Below, piece after piece: positions 12,818 through 25,670 of a stretch of DNA of 64,000 nt. The stretch lies in NCBI RefSeq assembly GCF_009914755.1, contig NC_060940.1; one strand, written 5' to 3'. Within the stretch, counting starts at the first letter, position 1; the number at the start of each line of letters is the position of its first letter. The notes below the pieces were generated by a model, which searched no databases, was not told the DNA's origin, and saw nothing but the letters and a program-made list of their open reading frames with translations. This stretch comes from the human T2T-CHM13v2.0 reference genome, Homo sapiens. Both the position numbers and the translations under genes were made by a program.

Positions 12818-14809
12818 TAGTAAAATCTTTAATGAGATGTTGTTTTCATTGAAGGTGACATGTCTTTGTATGAGCCTGACTTAGAATCAGGAAAATAATA
12901 ACTAGAATAGAATCTACAGTGTCTGCCCGCCTCTGTAGTAAGGACACAGAGGGCCGAAGGGCCCTACCTGGCCCAGGCCACAGAGAGGGACTTGGACCCA
13001 GGCCTCCGAGGCTTGTCCAGGGCTGCAGATGAGTTGTGGCCCATCTCAGAAAACTACCTCCTGGCTCCCCGTTCTCCTCTCTCAGGCATTCTTCTGAAGC
13101 CATGCTTCCCCCCTCCCCCGAAGATTCCAGCAAACACATGGAGGTGGGGACAACTGACTTGTTGGGAATGCGGGGTGCCTGTCCCCTTCTCTCTCTTTTC
13201 AAGAGCCTTTGAGGCCTCACTGGGAAGGCAGAGCTCCCCTGTGCCTGAATCGCTGCAGAGCCCATTGGAAATGCCCAACCTTTTCCTCCCAGAGCATCGG
13301 AATCAGTTCCTTTAAAGTCCCCTGCCTGGGCTGCCCCTGAATTCTATTGTCTGCTGGACACCGGGGTGCCATAAATAGCCCCCCAGGCAATTCAAATGTG
13401 CAGGCATGTCTGGGGATCTCCTTAAGGTTGTTGTAAAATTTCCAGACCCTTCTAAGGTGGGGATAGCTTAAATGCCGTGGTGGGTGGGATGCAGTGAGGC
13501 CAAGGAAGGCTGCTTGGAGGAGGTGACTTCTGCATTGAGCATCAAGAGCTCAGCCAAGCAGAGCCTGGTAGAGCAGGCAGGAGACTTTGAGCCCAGGGAG
13601 CAGTGTGGGTGAAGGCATATAGGCCAGAGGGAGCCCAGCCTTGTTGAAAAGGCAGCAACCCGCTTGCTCTAGTGGCACCTGGGGAAGGAGGGTGGGTTGG
13701 GGAGAGAGGGCAGGTAGGCCGAGAGCGGGGCAAGGCCACAGGCAGTGCCCCGTGAGTGCTTTTGTGCTTCACGCTGAGGGGAGGTGGGTGACCACAGAAG
13801 GTGTCACAGCCGTGGCAGCCTCTGCTTTGCCCACTAGCTGTGACATCAAGCTTGAGGGCTGTTGGCAGAGCAGCCGAGCCTGTTCACTCACCTGAGGCAG
13901 AGGCAGTGGGGACCCGCCTCAACTGGAGCTGGAACCTTGCACAGAGCGAACGCGGGGCATGATGGGGAGGTGGGTGGTCTCTGTTAGGGGTTAGGAGGGA
14001 GCCCCTGGTGACCCAAATGGGTCTCCGATGGTGGAATTTCAAGCAGAGGCCAGGGATGGATTTTGGGGTGAAGCATTGTTCAGGTGTCCTGCAAGAATGT
14101 CTTCCCCCCGCCATCCCCACCTCCACTGCCTACTCTAGATGTCCAGCTAGGCTTTGGGCGAGAAGGCTGTTTAGGGAACACAGTCTCCTGTTCCCGAGAA
14201 GCCATGTGGCCCCTCTGGGGCTGGATAGGAGAAGCGGGACCCTCCTCGCCCGGGCGTAGCACTCCGTGGGCTGGCTGGGTTCCAGCAAACAGTGGTGAGA
14301 AAACCCGAAACCCTGGTGGGAGTTGTATCATGAGGAAGGGAAACTGATCTTTTTCGTTGCCTCCCCTCACTCAGCCATTGGTTTGGTTTGAACACATTTT
14401 CTCCCTTAATTTTTTTAAATCATAAAAATAATACAGCAACCGCATTATATAAAATTTGAAAAAGGGAAAAAAGAACTGCTCCCCACATTCCTCCCACACT
14501 AACCCAACAGCTCTCGGTCTTCATTCAGGTGCCAGAACGTATTTTGAACTTATTATATCATGCCTGTTTTCCTCATTGCTACAAAATCTTGTAACTGTCA
14601 TTCAGAGTGCTTGGGGAGCGGAGCGCTATCGCCTATGAAACAGCCCCGTGTGGATGGCCATTCAGGCCATTTGTAAATGTCTGCTTTTCGGGACCAATCC
14701 TGCCAGTGCCTGCGTGTGGATTTCTGCTTCTGTTTAATTCCTCTGTTAGGATAATGCCCAGGAGTGGCGTTATGGAGTGGTCAATACCATCCGGCCCCTG
14801 GTCACCTCT

Positions 14810-15312
14810 CCAGTGCCTCCCCCATCCCTTGCATCCCCCACTCCACTACAACCACAGGGCTGCTTGTTGTCCACAAACATGTTAAGTGTGGTCCTACCTC
14901 AGGCCTTTGTACCGCGCCCCCTTCCTCCCAGAATACTTCTGTTTATTCATACGCTTTCCCTTCGCTTTGTCCAGGGATCTGCTCAAACATCACCTCCTCA
15001 GAGAGGGCTCCCCTCTCTTTCTCTGGCGTGTCTGACTTTATTTTTCTTGGGAGTACTTGTCATCGCCTGACACTGATATAGCTCGCGGCCCCTCGCAGGT
15101 GGTGAGCACCATGCGGGCAGGGTCTACGCCTTGCACACTGGTGCGTCTCCAGCTCCCACATGTGCTCGGCACAGAGGGCATGCTCAGTAAGTACTTGCAT
15201 GTGCCCGGCACAGACGGCATGCTCAGTAAGTACCTGCATGTGCCTGGCACACAGAACGTGCTCAGTAAGTACCTGCATGTGCCCATCACACAGAACGTGC
15301 TCAGTAGGCACT
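14810..15312 (+). mobile_element. L2 3' region ending in a tandemly amplified terminus
   Basis: cctacctcaggcctttg..tctgctcaaacatcacctcctcagagagg, followed by the 39-bp repeats. Confidence 0.7.
15159..15312. repeat. 39-bp minisatellite, ~4 copies
   Basis: Unit catgtgcccggcacagacggcatgctcagtaagtacctg. Confidence 0.95.
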
Positions 15313-15829
15313 AGCTGAGTGACTATTTAAATGCATGGGGTGTTATGGCCATTTCAGGTCTCTGCATATGGGTCACTAACTTGCTGACGGGAGCTGTGGC
15401 CATGGCCCAACGCTCGTCAATGCCCAGCCCCTGGGTGCCAGGGATCCAGGGGTGATTTCAGTTGGGAATTTTCTCTGGAGAGTGGTTTTGATGCATTCAT
15501 GCCTCCCAAACCACCCCCGTGAGCACCTCTGCCTGTCCAGGGTGATGTGGGTGACCAGGTGAAGGGAATTTGACTTTATTCCTGCCGGCAATTGGTGCAG
15601 TCTGTTAGAGACTGTGGGTCTGTTTCCACCTCTGCTGACCAGGGATACAAGTGCCCGTCCTGACTGGTGTCTCAGCTGGGCGTGGAGCTCCGATGAAGAC
15701 TCGTGTGTGAAGGGCACGAGGGCAGCACAAGTGCAAGGAGGGTCGGGGGCTACTTCCATTCGCGGGGCTCATGGTGGGCCCAACGCTTTCTAACCAGGGC
15801 TGTCTGATTTCATTCATGCGCCATTCCCA

Positions 15830-15930
15830 TGGAGTTGGTGAACGTCATCATCCCCATTTTATAGCTGGGGAAACTGAGGCTCAGAGGGGTGGAGGGCCTT
15901 GCACAGTCAGGCCACGGTGAGTGGTGGAGT
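15830..15930 (-). mobile_element. MIR core
   Basis: catccccattttatagctggggaaactgaggctcagagggg. Confidence 0.85.
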
Positions 15931-16039
15931 GGATGGCAGGGAACACCCCTGCATTCTCCTGATGCCCCTGGAACAGCCCACCCACCGCTGCTTGGCTGGG
16001 GCTGCGGGATGGTCACCCAAGCAGAGATTATATCCCTGA

Positions 16040-16180
16040 ACTTAAAATAATACCTAAGCCTTGTCCCCAGGGCTTCCAACTCTGTAGGTCTCAGCCAGGG
16101 CCTGGAGTCTGTATCTTCATAAACTCAGCAGGTGATCCCGACGCACGTGGCCAGAAAAGCCTTGGAGAAACCACCTTGCT
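16040..16180. mobile_element. MER5-like hAT MITE
   Basis: ctctgtaggtctcagccagggcctggagtctgtatcttcataaactcagcaggtgatcccgacgca. Confidence 0.55.
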
Positions 16181-16407
16181 AGAAGAATCAAACCTCCCCT
16201 TGGCCTCATCTTCCCTAAATTCTAACCACACGGTGAAGACATCTGATGGTGGATGTACCGGCACCTGTGTAAGCTGCAGTTCCTTCCCCACACGAGCAGG
16301 AACCGGTACCAGGAAATCCTACTTTCGCTGGTGCTAATTAAAGAAAGGAGACAAAAGCCCTGTGGAATCTCAGATCTGGAAGGACACCTGGAAATCATGC
16401 CGTGCTC

Positions 16408-16785
16408 TTTTTTTAAAAATAATTTTTAAAATAGATGTTATTTTTTCAGATCCGTTTCAGGTTCACAGCAAGATTGAACAGAAAGCACAGAGGGTTCCCA
16501 CCCACCCACACATGCAGCCTTCCCACCCCTGCTACACAGCCTCCCCCACCATCCATGTCCCACACCAGAGTGGGACATTGATTACAATGTATGAACTTAC
16601 ACAGACACTTCATTATCACCCAGGGTCCACCGTGGACATTCGGGTTCACTCTTGGTGTTGGACACTCTGTACGTTTGGATGAATGTGTGATGGCACTCAT
16701 CCACCATCACAGGCTCAGGCAGAAAGAATCATTCCACTCCTCTACATGCTTTGCCCACCTGTTCATCCCTCCCTCCCCAGGGCTC
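16408..16785 (-). mobile_element. L1MD/L1MC-type 3' end; supplies the splice acceptor and last exon
   Basis: tttcaggttcacagcaagattgaacagaaagcacagagggttccca..cattatcacccagggtccaccgtggacattcgggttcactcttggtgttg. Confidence 0.75.
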
Positions 16786-17111
16786 TGTTTTTTAAACTAG
16801 AAAACCCAGTTATAGTGAGATGTAACAAAGCGCAGGATAAACATGGCAGCCTCTCAGAGCATCCATTTTAATAAAAGATTGCAGTCATATAATTGGTCAT
16901 TAAAATGTTTTTTTACTAAAATCAAAAGTCAAGTTTTCCAAAGTGCAGAATATATGGGAATTTTATTTTTTTAAACTTTGCCCCAAAAATGTGATTTTAT
17001 TTGAAATATAGAGGTATAACCATGGCAAAATACATTGTCTTTAAGAATTCTTGGATGAATAGTTGGAAAAATTTTTAACATTAATTATTAGAGGATCTTA
17101 GGGATTATTGT

Positions 17112-17460
17112 CATTTTTAAATCTCTTAAGTTCAGGTATACATGTGCAGGTTTGTTACACAGGCAAACTTGTGTCATGAGGGTTTGTTGTACAGATTAAA
17201 TTGTCACCCAGGTACTCAGCCTAGTACCTACTAGTTCCTTTTCCTGATACCCCACCCTCAGGCCCCAGCGTGTGTTGTTTCCCTCTACGTGTCCATGTGT
17301 TCTCATCATTTAGCTTCCACTTATAAGTGAGAGCATGCGGTATTTGGTTTTCTGTTCCTGCATTAATTTGCTAAGGATGATGGCCTCCAGCTCCATCCAT
17401 GTTCCTGCAAAGAAATGATCTTGTTCTGTTTATGGCTGCATAGTATTCCATGGTATATGC
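17112..17460 (-). mobile_element. L1PA (older primate L1) 3' end
   Basis: gttcaggtatacatgtgcaggtttgttacacagg..ccacttataagtgagagcatgcggtatttggttttctgttcctg..ggctgcatagtattccatgg. Confidence 0.9.
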
Positions 17461-17511
17461 CGAGATTTTAAACATAAGACCAGATACTTCAAAGAAGTTT
17501 GGGCCTTTTAG

Positions 17512-17709
17512 AGGGGTACGCTGGTAGAAATTTAACAACTGGCTCTCCTGAAAAAAAAAAGCACTTTCCAATTTCCATCTCGTAAATATTCCCACAGCGG
17601 CTGATTTCAAGCCACTATCGTGATGTCCCTGAATGTGGAAGGTGCCCTGGGAAGGTCTGGGCACAATCAGCTCTCACGGCTGGTGAAGCTGCCTCTAGCA
17701 CATCACTGG
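17512..17709 (-). mobile_element. MER63A-like hAT element
   Basis: ctggtagaaatttaacaactggctctcc..gctgatttcaagccact..ctagcacatcactg. Confidence 0.65.
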
Positions 17710-18049
17710 CCTTGTTGACTTCTGGGGGCAGCGACTTTAGATTTCTCTGTAGAAAATAAAAAGCGTGGTTCTGGAGAGTTCTGGAGAGGTGGGAAAATCA
17801 GTTATAAGTCTCTCAGGAAACTGGTAATAGGCCAGTATTAGAATCTGGCTCGTGACCTGCAGGGAAGTGAGTTCTTTGTCCACATGCTGAGTCCTAAATT
17901 GTAAGTAGTGACTGAAAAACTCACCTGTCCATATAACAATAAATAAAAATTGTTTTAAGTAAAATGACACCATGGGCTCCATGGCCGCACAGACCATAAC
18001 AGTAACCAATCTCTCTCTCCAAGTGATCTGACCTGGTAATTAATTCCCT

Positions 18050-18240
18050 CATTCATTCACTCACTCAGTTATTTGTGAGCTAAATAAGAAAATGTTTACT
18101 GAGCACCAACTTTAGGTCAGGCGTTCCTTTAGGCACTGGGGATGCAGAAGTGAGCGAGACGGTTCCCTGAGCGGGGGTCCCACGTGCTTGTGGCTTCAAG
18201 ACGACATTAAAGGAAGCTGCAATGCAAAGCAAGAGCTGAA
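18050..18240 (-). mobile_element. L2 3' end
   Basis: attcattcactcactc..tttactgagcacc..aggcactggggatgcag. Confidence 0.7.
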
Positions 18241-18629
18241 TGCAGCTTTCTGGACGTTTCTGCAGGCCTCTCTCAGGCTCTTCTTGTGCTGTATCAGTTG
18301 TCTGGTGACTCTGCCCAGGCAGCGAGTGTCTCAGGGCGGGGCTGGGCCTTGTTCCTGACTGCACACCCAGGGCAGGAATCTGCACAGAACAGTGCACAGT
18401 CGACGCTGGAGTCAAAGAGGGTGGGGCTGGCCCCCTCGCCAGTGGGGACTGTGATTTGCTTACTCTGCAGTGATGATAATTTCCACGAACACATCTACCC
18501 TCGGCTCTGGTTTTCTTTCTGTCAACAACATCACACAATTCCATGTTGAATGGCCAACAGCAAAGTCCAAATGGTAAAGTCTGGTTACTTGCAAAGAAGC
18601 TAAGGTGGCCACTGGAGGGTTTGAACCAA

Positions 18630-19030
18630 AGGCAACGTCAGGGTAAAACATGGAGTTTGGAATCTGACCAACGTGGGTTCGAATCCCATCGCTACCACTC
18701 ACTCACTGTGTGGACTGTGGCAATCCCCTTTCTGAGCCTCAGTTTCCCCATCTGTGTAATGGGGATAAAATGGTTTACCTCCCAAGGTTGCTGTGAGGAT
18801 TGGAAATGAGGTATTTAAGTACCTAGCCTCTGTCTGGCACTGAGGGGCACACAGTAAATATTAAACAGGTAATTAAGGCTGTAGACATCAAGTCTAGCAG
18901 GAAATCTCAGCATGCTGCAGGAAAAGGGACCCTGGAGATGAGGAAACTGGGAATGGAAATGGAAGTAACTTGCCAGAGTCACCCAGCATGGGAGCATCAA
19001 CACTGAAACCTAGCCTGGGGTGGATGACCG
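18630..19030. mobile_element. Two MIRs in opposite orientation (+ then -)
   Basis: ctgagcctcagtttccccatctgtgtaatgggga (+) followed by gatgaggaaactggg..gaagtaacttgccagagtcacccag (-). Confidence 0.7.
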
Positions 19031-19199
19031 TCCTTTTCAAGGAGCTGTGCTGGGGAGGCGTTGAGGGCATTACCTGAACTTCTGCTTCAGGATGGTTTAC
19101 TCCACCTTCACAACCAGAGCAACGGCTCTGTGGGGTGTTGAGATGACAGCCAAGAAAGTGCTTTGCAAAATGTCAAGTACTGTGCATTCCTACCAATCA

Positions 19200-19430
19200 C
19201 TAGTCACGTTTCCATGCCAGGGAGCCAGCTCAGTGCTTTGGGTACATTTGTCTCATTTGGTCCTGCCAAAAGTCCTGAGAGGGACCTATTGTTATCATCC
19301 CCATTTTGTAGACAGGACCAGAGAGGTGAAGTCATTTGCCAAAGGACACACAGCTGGAAATGGTGAGAGCTGATACCCGAACCTGGATCCAGCCAACCCC
19401 AAGTTCCGATCTTCGTTTACCACACTGAGC
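19200..19430 (-). mobile_element. MIR
   Basis: tcatccccattttgtagacagg..gaggtgaagtcatttgccaaaggacacacagctgg. Confidence 0.8.
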
Positions 19431-20479
19431 GGCCTCTTTGGAGTGTCCTGGCTCCGTGAGCTGGGAGGTCAGCAAATGTTTGTGGCTGGATAAGGTGGCT
19501 GGTGGGTGTGTTCACCAAGGCCGCCTGATGTTCCTGGTTGCCATGCTGAGTGGTCCAACCATCTGGGTCTTCTGTAAGTTTCAGCAGGGATCTCCATAAC
19601 CCAGTGCGCTCTGGCCATACAAGTCAGCCCAGGTCAGAAAATGGAACTGGCCAGCCTCTCTTTCAAATGTGAGACAGAAGTTGAGTGCCGGTCACTTCTT
19701 GCAAGGAGCCCCAGGGGTGAAGGGCAAAATACTCTCTTGGCTCTTGAATTCCATCCTGTCCCACATCTCCTGTGCCACACCAATGCCCCCTCACTTCTCA
19801 AGTCACTGAGCTCAAGCGGTCCTGTGGGAGGACAATAGGGCAGAATTTTGGATCCACTTTGGAAACATCTGGGTCCTGAGGGCATTTTGTGGAAAACTCA
19901 TATCCACCCACCTCCCGGTCTTCAGCAGAGCCAAGAGCAGGCAGGGTCTCTCAGAGCCTTAATTTTCCTCCCAGCACCCTTGGGTTGGGGGCCGATGGGC
20001 AGAGGAACAGGTCAGAGGGGCTCACGCTGCAGCCCCATCTTCAGGATTTCCATCAAGGGGTGCTCAGGGATCATTCTGGTGGGAAAAAAAGAGGGTGTGG
20101 TTTGAAGTTGCATATAAATTACACTTTGAGTAAAAATCAAGGAAACGTGAATTGTCTTTTGTGAAGTACACGGAGGGGGCTGATTAGGTGGAAGGTGGGG
20201 GCTACACCCACTGCTTGGCACCGCCCCCCGCCCCCCGAGCTTCTCAAAGGCCAGAGTCATCCAGAAACGGAGGGAGTGAGCTCTCTTTCTCTCTGTAGAT
20301 GCACCAGCCTGGCAGGTGTGACCTGGGGGTTTCACCAGATGCCCTGTGTGATGTGGCCGTGTGGGATATTCACCAGAAGGGGTTCCTGGTGTGGGGATCA
20401 AGTTGAGTTGGAAGCCAGCTGTGTTGCTCTTCCAGACATGGGTGTTGTCCTGGAGGAAGGGCCACCTTTTCTAAGTCGG

Positions 20480-20940
20480 GCATAGGCAATGCATGGGGTT
20501 CAGCTTCTGTCTCTTGTACCAGAGACAGAAATAGGACCAAACAGACTTCCAGAATCATGCCGTTTATTATTTCACACAACAGGAAGTTTGGGCAGGCTTC
20601 ATGGCTGCCGGCTCCACGGCTCAGAGATGTCCTCCAGGACCAGGTTCTTGCCGTCTCTCTGCTCTGCCATCCTTGACGTTAGCCTTGTTTTCAGTCTGGC
20701 CACAAGGTGGTGGCAGCAGCTCCAGGGGTCACATTTGGGCAACAGAACCTGGAGGAAGAAGAGAGACCACCTCTCCCGGGCATCCTTCTGGAGGGAAGAG
20801 ACATCCCAGAAGCACCCCCATGCAGACCCGAACCCAGCGACCTCGTCTCACATTTCATTGGTCAGAACTGGGTCACATGTCCATTCCTGAACCAATCACA
20901 TGCAAAGAATGGGATCACATGATTGGTTCAGATTAATGGT
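20480..20940 (-). mobile_element. MLT1J/K-like MaLR LTR
   Basis: ggcagcagctccaggggtcacat..cacatttcattggtcagaactgggtcacatgtccattcctgaaccaatcac. Confidence 0.65.
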
Positions 20941-21605
20941 TGGGCGTGGACTGGAAACTGAGCGTCAAGCTCCTTGTCCTCTGCCCTAAAAGACCAGGAT
21001 TCTATGGGCCTTGCTGGGCTCTTGCCTTCAAAAACCCAGGCCTCCTAATTCTCCCCAGAAACAGCTGCATTGGAGACCCCAAGTCTCGGGAGCACACCCC
21101 TGCTTCCTGCCCTGTGACTGGTCAGTCTTTAACCTGTGCCTTGGCGGGCGCTGGCTTTGCGGTGCTTCCTCTGCAGGGACTGACCTCGGACACCCAGCTT
21201 GTCATTGCCCCGGGGGCGTCCTGGCTTTGGTTCTGTTAACACCTCAGTGCTGAGAAGGCACCTCAGCCCTGGCTTTCTCTCCCTGTCCCGTTCTCTCTCT
21301 TGGGCCCCCTGCCTCGAGGCCCAGATTTTATATCTTTGCTCCCATAAACCTCTGGTCCCTGAAGCTTTCCTCTCAACCTCAGCGGGTCCCCACCTCTCCG
21401 TCAAGTTCAGTCTTGGGAAAATGGTGAGTAGAACTGTGCTTCCTCTAACCATCTGTCCTTTCTCCCGACCTCACCACTTTTTATTATGAAAACTTTTCCA
21501 AATTGGAGAGAAGAATGATGATGAAGGATTTACTCACTACCCACGTTTGACAGCTGTTACCATTTCACCATATTTGCTTTTAATACCTGTGCTGAAATAT
21601 TTGTT

Positions 21606-21935
21606 GCCCAGGCATGGTGGTTCACGCCTGCCTGTAATCCCAGTACTTTGGGAGGCTGAGGCTGGCGGATTGCTTGAGCTAAGGAGTTGAAGCCCAGCCT
21701 GGGCAACATAATGAGACTCTGTCTTTATAATTTTTTTCTTTTTTTAATAGCCAGGCATGATGGCTCGCACCTGTGGTTTCAGCTATTCCGGAGGCCAAGG
21801 CAGGATGATAACTTGAGCCCAGGAGGTCAAGGGGTCAAGGCTGTAGTGAGCCATGATCCTGCCACTGCACTCCAACCTGGGGGATAGAGTGAAACCCTGT
21901 CTCTGAAAAAATAAATAAATAAATACATAAAAAAC
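21606..21935 (+). mobile_element. AluJ with (AAAT)n tail
   Basis: Dimeric Alu with J-type right arm. Confidence 0.9.
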
Positions 21936-22866
21936 ATTTGCTGTCTCATTTGAAGGTAAATGGCAGGCATGTCAACAGACCACTTACAGACCTTAGCAGC
22001 GTCTGCTAAGAATAAAAGCTTTCTCCAAAATCCCAATGGTATTATCACACCAGAGAAATGTAATATCATCTTTAATATCCAGTCCCTGTGAAAATCCCCC
22101 AGTGATACACCCATCATTGGGATTCATTTGAATCTGAAAAGAAAGTTAATTTCTTGCAGCCTCTGAGGGGTTAAGAAGGTTGCTCTAAAATGACCAAAAA
22201 ATACACTGACAAACACACGCAGTTGTCCCAGCCAGAAGCCTTCCGTATTCTCTTCTCTGTCCCCACTTACATCTCTCAAAGTGATTTTTTTCCCCCTTAG
22301 GTCATACACAGGGCAGAAACCAGATGACATTTTAATCTGCAACTCAAGTGCCTTGTGCAACTCAAGTGCCTTGTCCTGGGAAGGCTCCCGGTTCTTGGCA
22401 CGGGATTCTGTGTCTCTGGGCGCCCAGCAGCAGCTTGAGAGTGGGCTCCGCTCCTCCTTCACGTTAACTGGCTCAGCTTCTCTTGACTTTTAATAATACC
22501 CTGCCAAATGGCTGCCTTCTGCTTTGTCTGTGTACCGACGCTGGAGCCACAGTTCCTCTGAGCCAGGCTTCTTGGTGCGTCGTGTGGACTGACCCTTTTC
22601 AGGAAAGTGGTTGCTGGGTCTGTGGCTACAAAAAAGTGGAGGCCTCAGTCAGATAGCAGACACATCTGTTTCCAAGCAAATGTTTGAGGGAGTGACCATT
22701 CTGCTTTCTAGGCTCATAAACTAAGCAACAACAGTGACAGAAACAACATTTTTTTTTTCTTATGTTCACGAGGTCCTGTGGTACAATGTTGAATAGTTGT
22801 TAACACAGCTATTTATCGGGCACTAGCTATGTACCAGGCATGGCTTAATCTGCCCCGATGGGGTAG

Positions 22867-23561
22867 TGTGGTAGACTGACTCATGGCCAAAAGGCTCCTC
22901 TAAGATTCCCATGTCCTCGTCCTTGGACCCTGTGAATGCTACCTTATGTGGCAGAAAAAAAACAAAAAGATCTTTGCAGATGTGGTTACATTTAGGATTT
23001 TGACATGGGGAGATTCTCGTGGATTATCTGGGTAGGCCCTAAATGCAATCCCAAGTGGGCAACATAGTGAGACTCTGTCTCTACAAAAAAATTACCTGGG
23101 TGTGCTGGCACACCCCTGTAGTCCCATCTACCTGGGAGGCCGAGGTGGGAGGATTACCTGAGCCCAGGAGGTTGAGGCTACCGTGAGCTGTGATCATATC
23201 ACTGCACTCCAGCCTGGGCAACAGAGCAAGACCCTGTCTCAAATCAAAAAGAAAAAAAAAAAAAGGGAGGGAGGGGGAGATTTTACACAGAGAAGAGGTC
23301 AAGGTGATGCGGCCACAATGGTGGAGATTGGAGTGACGAAGCTGTGAGCCAAGTGAGGCCGGCAGCCAGCAGAAACTGGAGGGGCAAGAAAGTGGATTCC
23401 CTCCTGGAGCCGCCGCAGGAAGCGTGGCCTCACCGATGCCTTCATTTTGGCCCAGCAGAATTGCTTTCAGCCTTCTGGCTTCTAGAACTATGAGAGAATA
23501 CATTTCTGTCATAAGCCATTAATTTTGTAATTTGTAACAACAGCCTCAGGAAACGAAGACA
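22867..23561 (+). mobile_element. MLT1B/C-type MaLR LTR interrupted by a 5'-truncated Alu
   Basis: tgtggtagactga..tttgcagatgtggtt..ggattatctgggtaggccctaaatgcaatc..tctagaactatgagagaatacatttctg..ggaaacgaagaca. Confidence 0.85.
23057..23263 (+). mobile_element. 5'-truncated AluJ
   Basis: gggcaacatagtgagactctgtctctac through the right arm and A tail. Confidence 0.9.
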
Positions 23562-24134
23562 GGTAGGCCCAATGAGCACCTCCCCATTTTACAGAAAAAG
23601 AAACTGAGGCCCTTCCAGTGAGTGGTAGGGTGGGCTGATGTTGGAGCCCAGGCTTTAGCCCTTTTGTCTTCTATCTTCTATCTCAGCCTTAATGGAAAAC
23701 AAGACCCTGCATCGCCAGCCGTGAGGGGCTGCGGGAAGCTGTACGATGATCTGTCTTCTCATTTAGTGGGGCAGGGATGAGGTGCTTGATTGTCTCCTAG
23801 TAGAGAATGCAGAAGAGCTGATCTTTATGTAAATTCCCTTATGCAAATATCCCTGAGGGAGTTTGCTTACCGAAGTCAGTTCCTTCACACTGTAGAGCAG
23901 ATTACTTGAGAACAAGAAAGTCGGTTAGGTACCCGTCAGGGGGTTTGAGGTAGAAAGAAGGGGGCCCCTGAGAGGGGGACAGGAGGAAGACCATCAAAGA
24001 CAGATTTTAAGTACTGTACAATTTTTTCATTACACAGAGACAGAGTTGAGCCATTCCAAATAAATAAAAGCTGATTGGTGAACAGGTCCATTTACTCAAC
24101 AAAGTAGGACAATCCATGATTAGGATTCAGAATA

Positions 24135-24429
24135 GGCCGGTGAGATGGCTTACGCCTGTAATCCCAGCACTTTGGGAGCCCTAGGCAGGTAGATCACTTG
24201 AGGTTAGGAGTTCGAGACCAGCCTGGCCAACATGGGTAAACCCAGTCTCTACTAAAAATACAAAAAGTAGCCAGGCGTGGTGGCACACGCTGGTAATCTC
24301 AGCTACTCAGGAGGCTGAGGCAGGAGAGTCACTTGAACCCAAGAGGTGGAGGTTGCAGTGGGCCAAGATCATGCCACTGCTCTCCAGCCTGGGCAACAGA
24401 GCGAGACTCCATCTCAAAGAAAAAAAAAA
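24135..24429 (+). mobile_element. AluS
   Basis: Full dimeric Alu. Confidence 0.95.
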
Positions 24430-25429
24430 GGAATCAGGATAAAGCAAGGAGTTAGGAAATGTGATCATTGCTGCTATTCTTATTTGTATGACTTAGGTTA
24501 AGCTGAGGGATGCTGCAGGAGAGAATCTCAAAGGTTAACACAACAGGAGTTCATGGACTACGTAAGCTACATGTGATAATAGTGGGCTGGAGAGGGTGGG
24601 AGGCAATGGAGGGGGACTCTCCTTCACCATCAGGAACTCACAGCCCCCTCAGCTGATACAGCCGAGAGGACAGAGCCTGGAGAATCACACGTGGCCTTTT
24701 TATTGCCTCCTTCTGAAAGAGACCCCTGTCACTTCCTATCCCATTTTATCAACCAGATCTAGCCACACGCTCCCTGTCTAGCAGCATGGGGCCTGGGAAG
24801 CCTAAAGGGGCGAAGGGAATATGTGGTGAGCGTTTCTGTGTCTTCCACTTTGTGATTAGTAAATATTTGTTGAATCTATTGAGGTACAGAGTAATTTCAG
24901 TTACGTTGCTTTTATCAATAGCAAATAGAGAAGAAAGCCATTTCTGCTCCAAGGAGCTGTTGGTGCAGTCGGGAGACAGCACTTCAACATTAGAACACTG
25001 TGCAGAGGTGTTGCGAATTTCCAGGTATAGACGCCTTTTCTATCAGTCAATGAATCTCAGTTATGCTTCTTGAGCAGAGTTCATCACTACAGGTAGACCC
25101 AGCAGTTCCCAGATTAAACAGTGAGGCATCCTAGCAGTAAACTTGACCTGTGAGGGAAAAAAAGGATATGACCAAGGGTTGGCTCAGTTTGGCTCTTGCC
25201 TGTCCATCAAGTTCCCAAGCAGACTGGGGCCAAGTACTCTAGACTGTAAGTGCCATGTGGGCAGGGGCTTTGCTTTCATACTTCTCTGTAGACCATGGTT
25301 CTTGGCATGGCCAGCTTTCTAGATGTCACTGTGGGTTCCGATGTTGATCCGCTAATCCCTGCTACAGTGTGTTGGACTTTTAGGATTGGAATGGTTCAAC
25401 TGATTGACTCAGTCAATCAAGCATCTGTC

Positions 25430-25670
25430 TATTTATCTATCACTTCATCTGTTCATTCATTTATTCACATATTGATTCACTTGTCTATCCATTCCTTACT
25501 CCTCTTTACTTCTTTAACTATCCATCTGTTATCTATCCATCCATCTACCCATTCATCTGTCCACTTATCCAGTTACCAACCTACCCATCCATCCGTCCGT
25601 CCATCCATCCATCCATCCATCCATCCATCCATCCATCCATTCATCCATCCATCTTCATATCCATCAAAAA
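25430..25670. repeat. (TCCA)n microsatellite with degenerate flank
   Basis: Pure ccatccatccat run at ~25600-25650. Confidence 0.9.
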
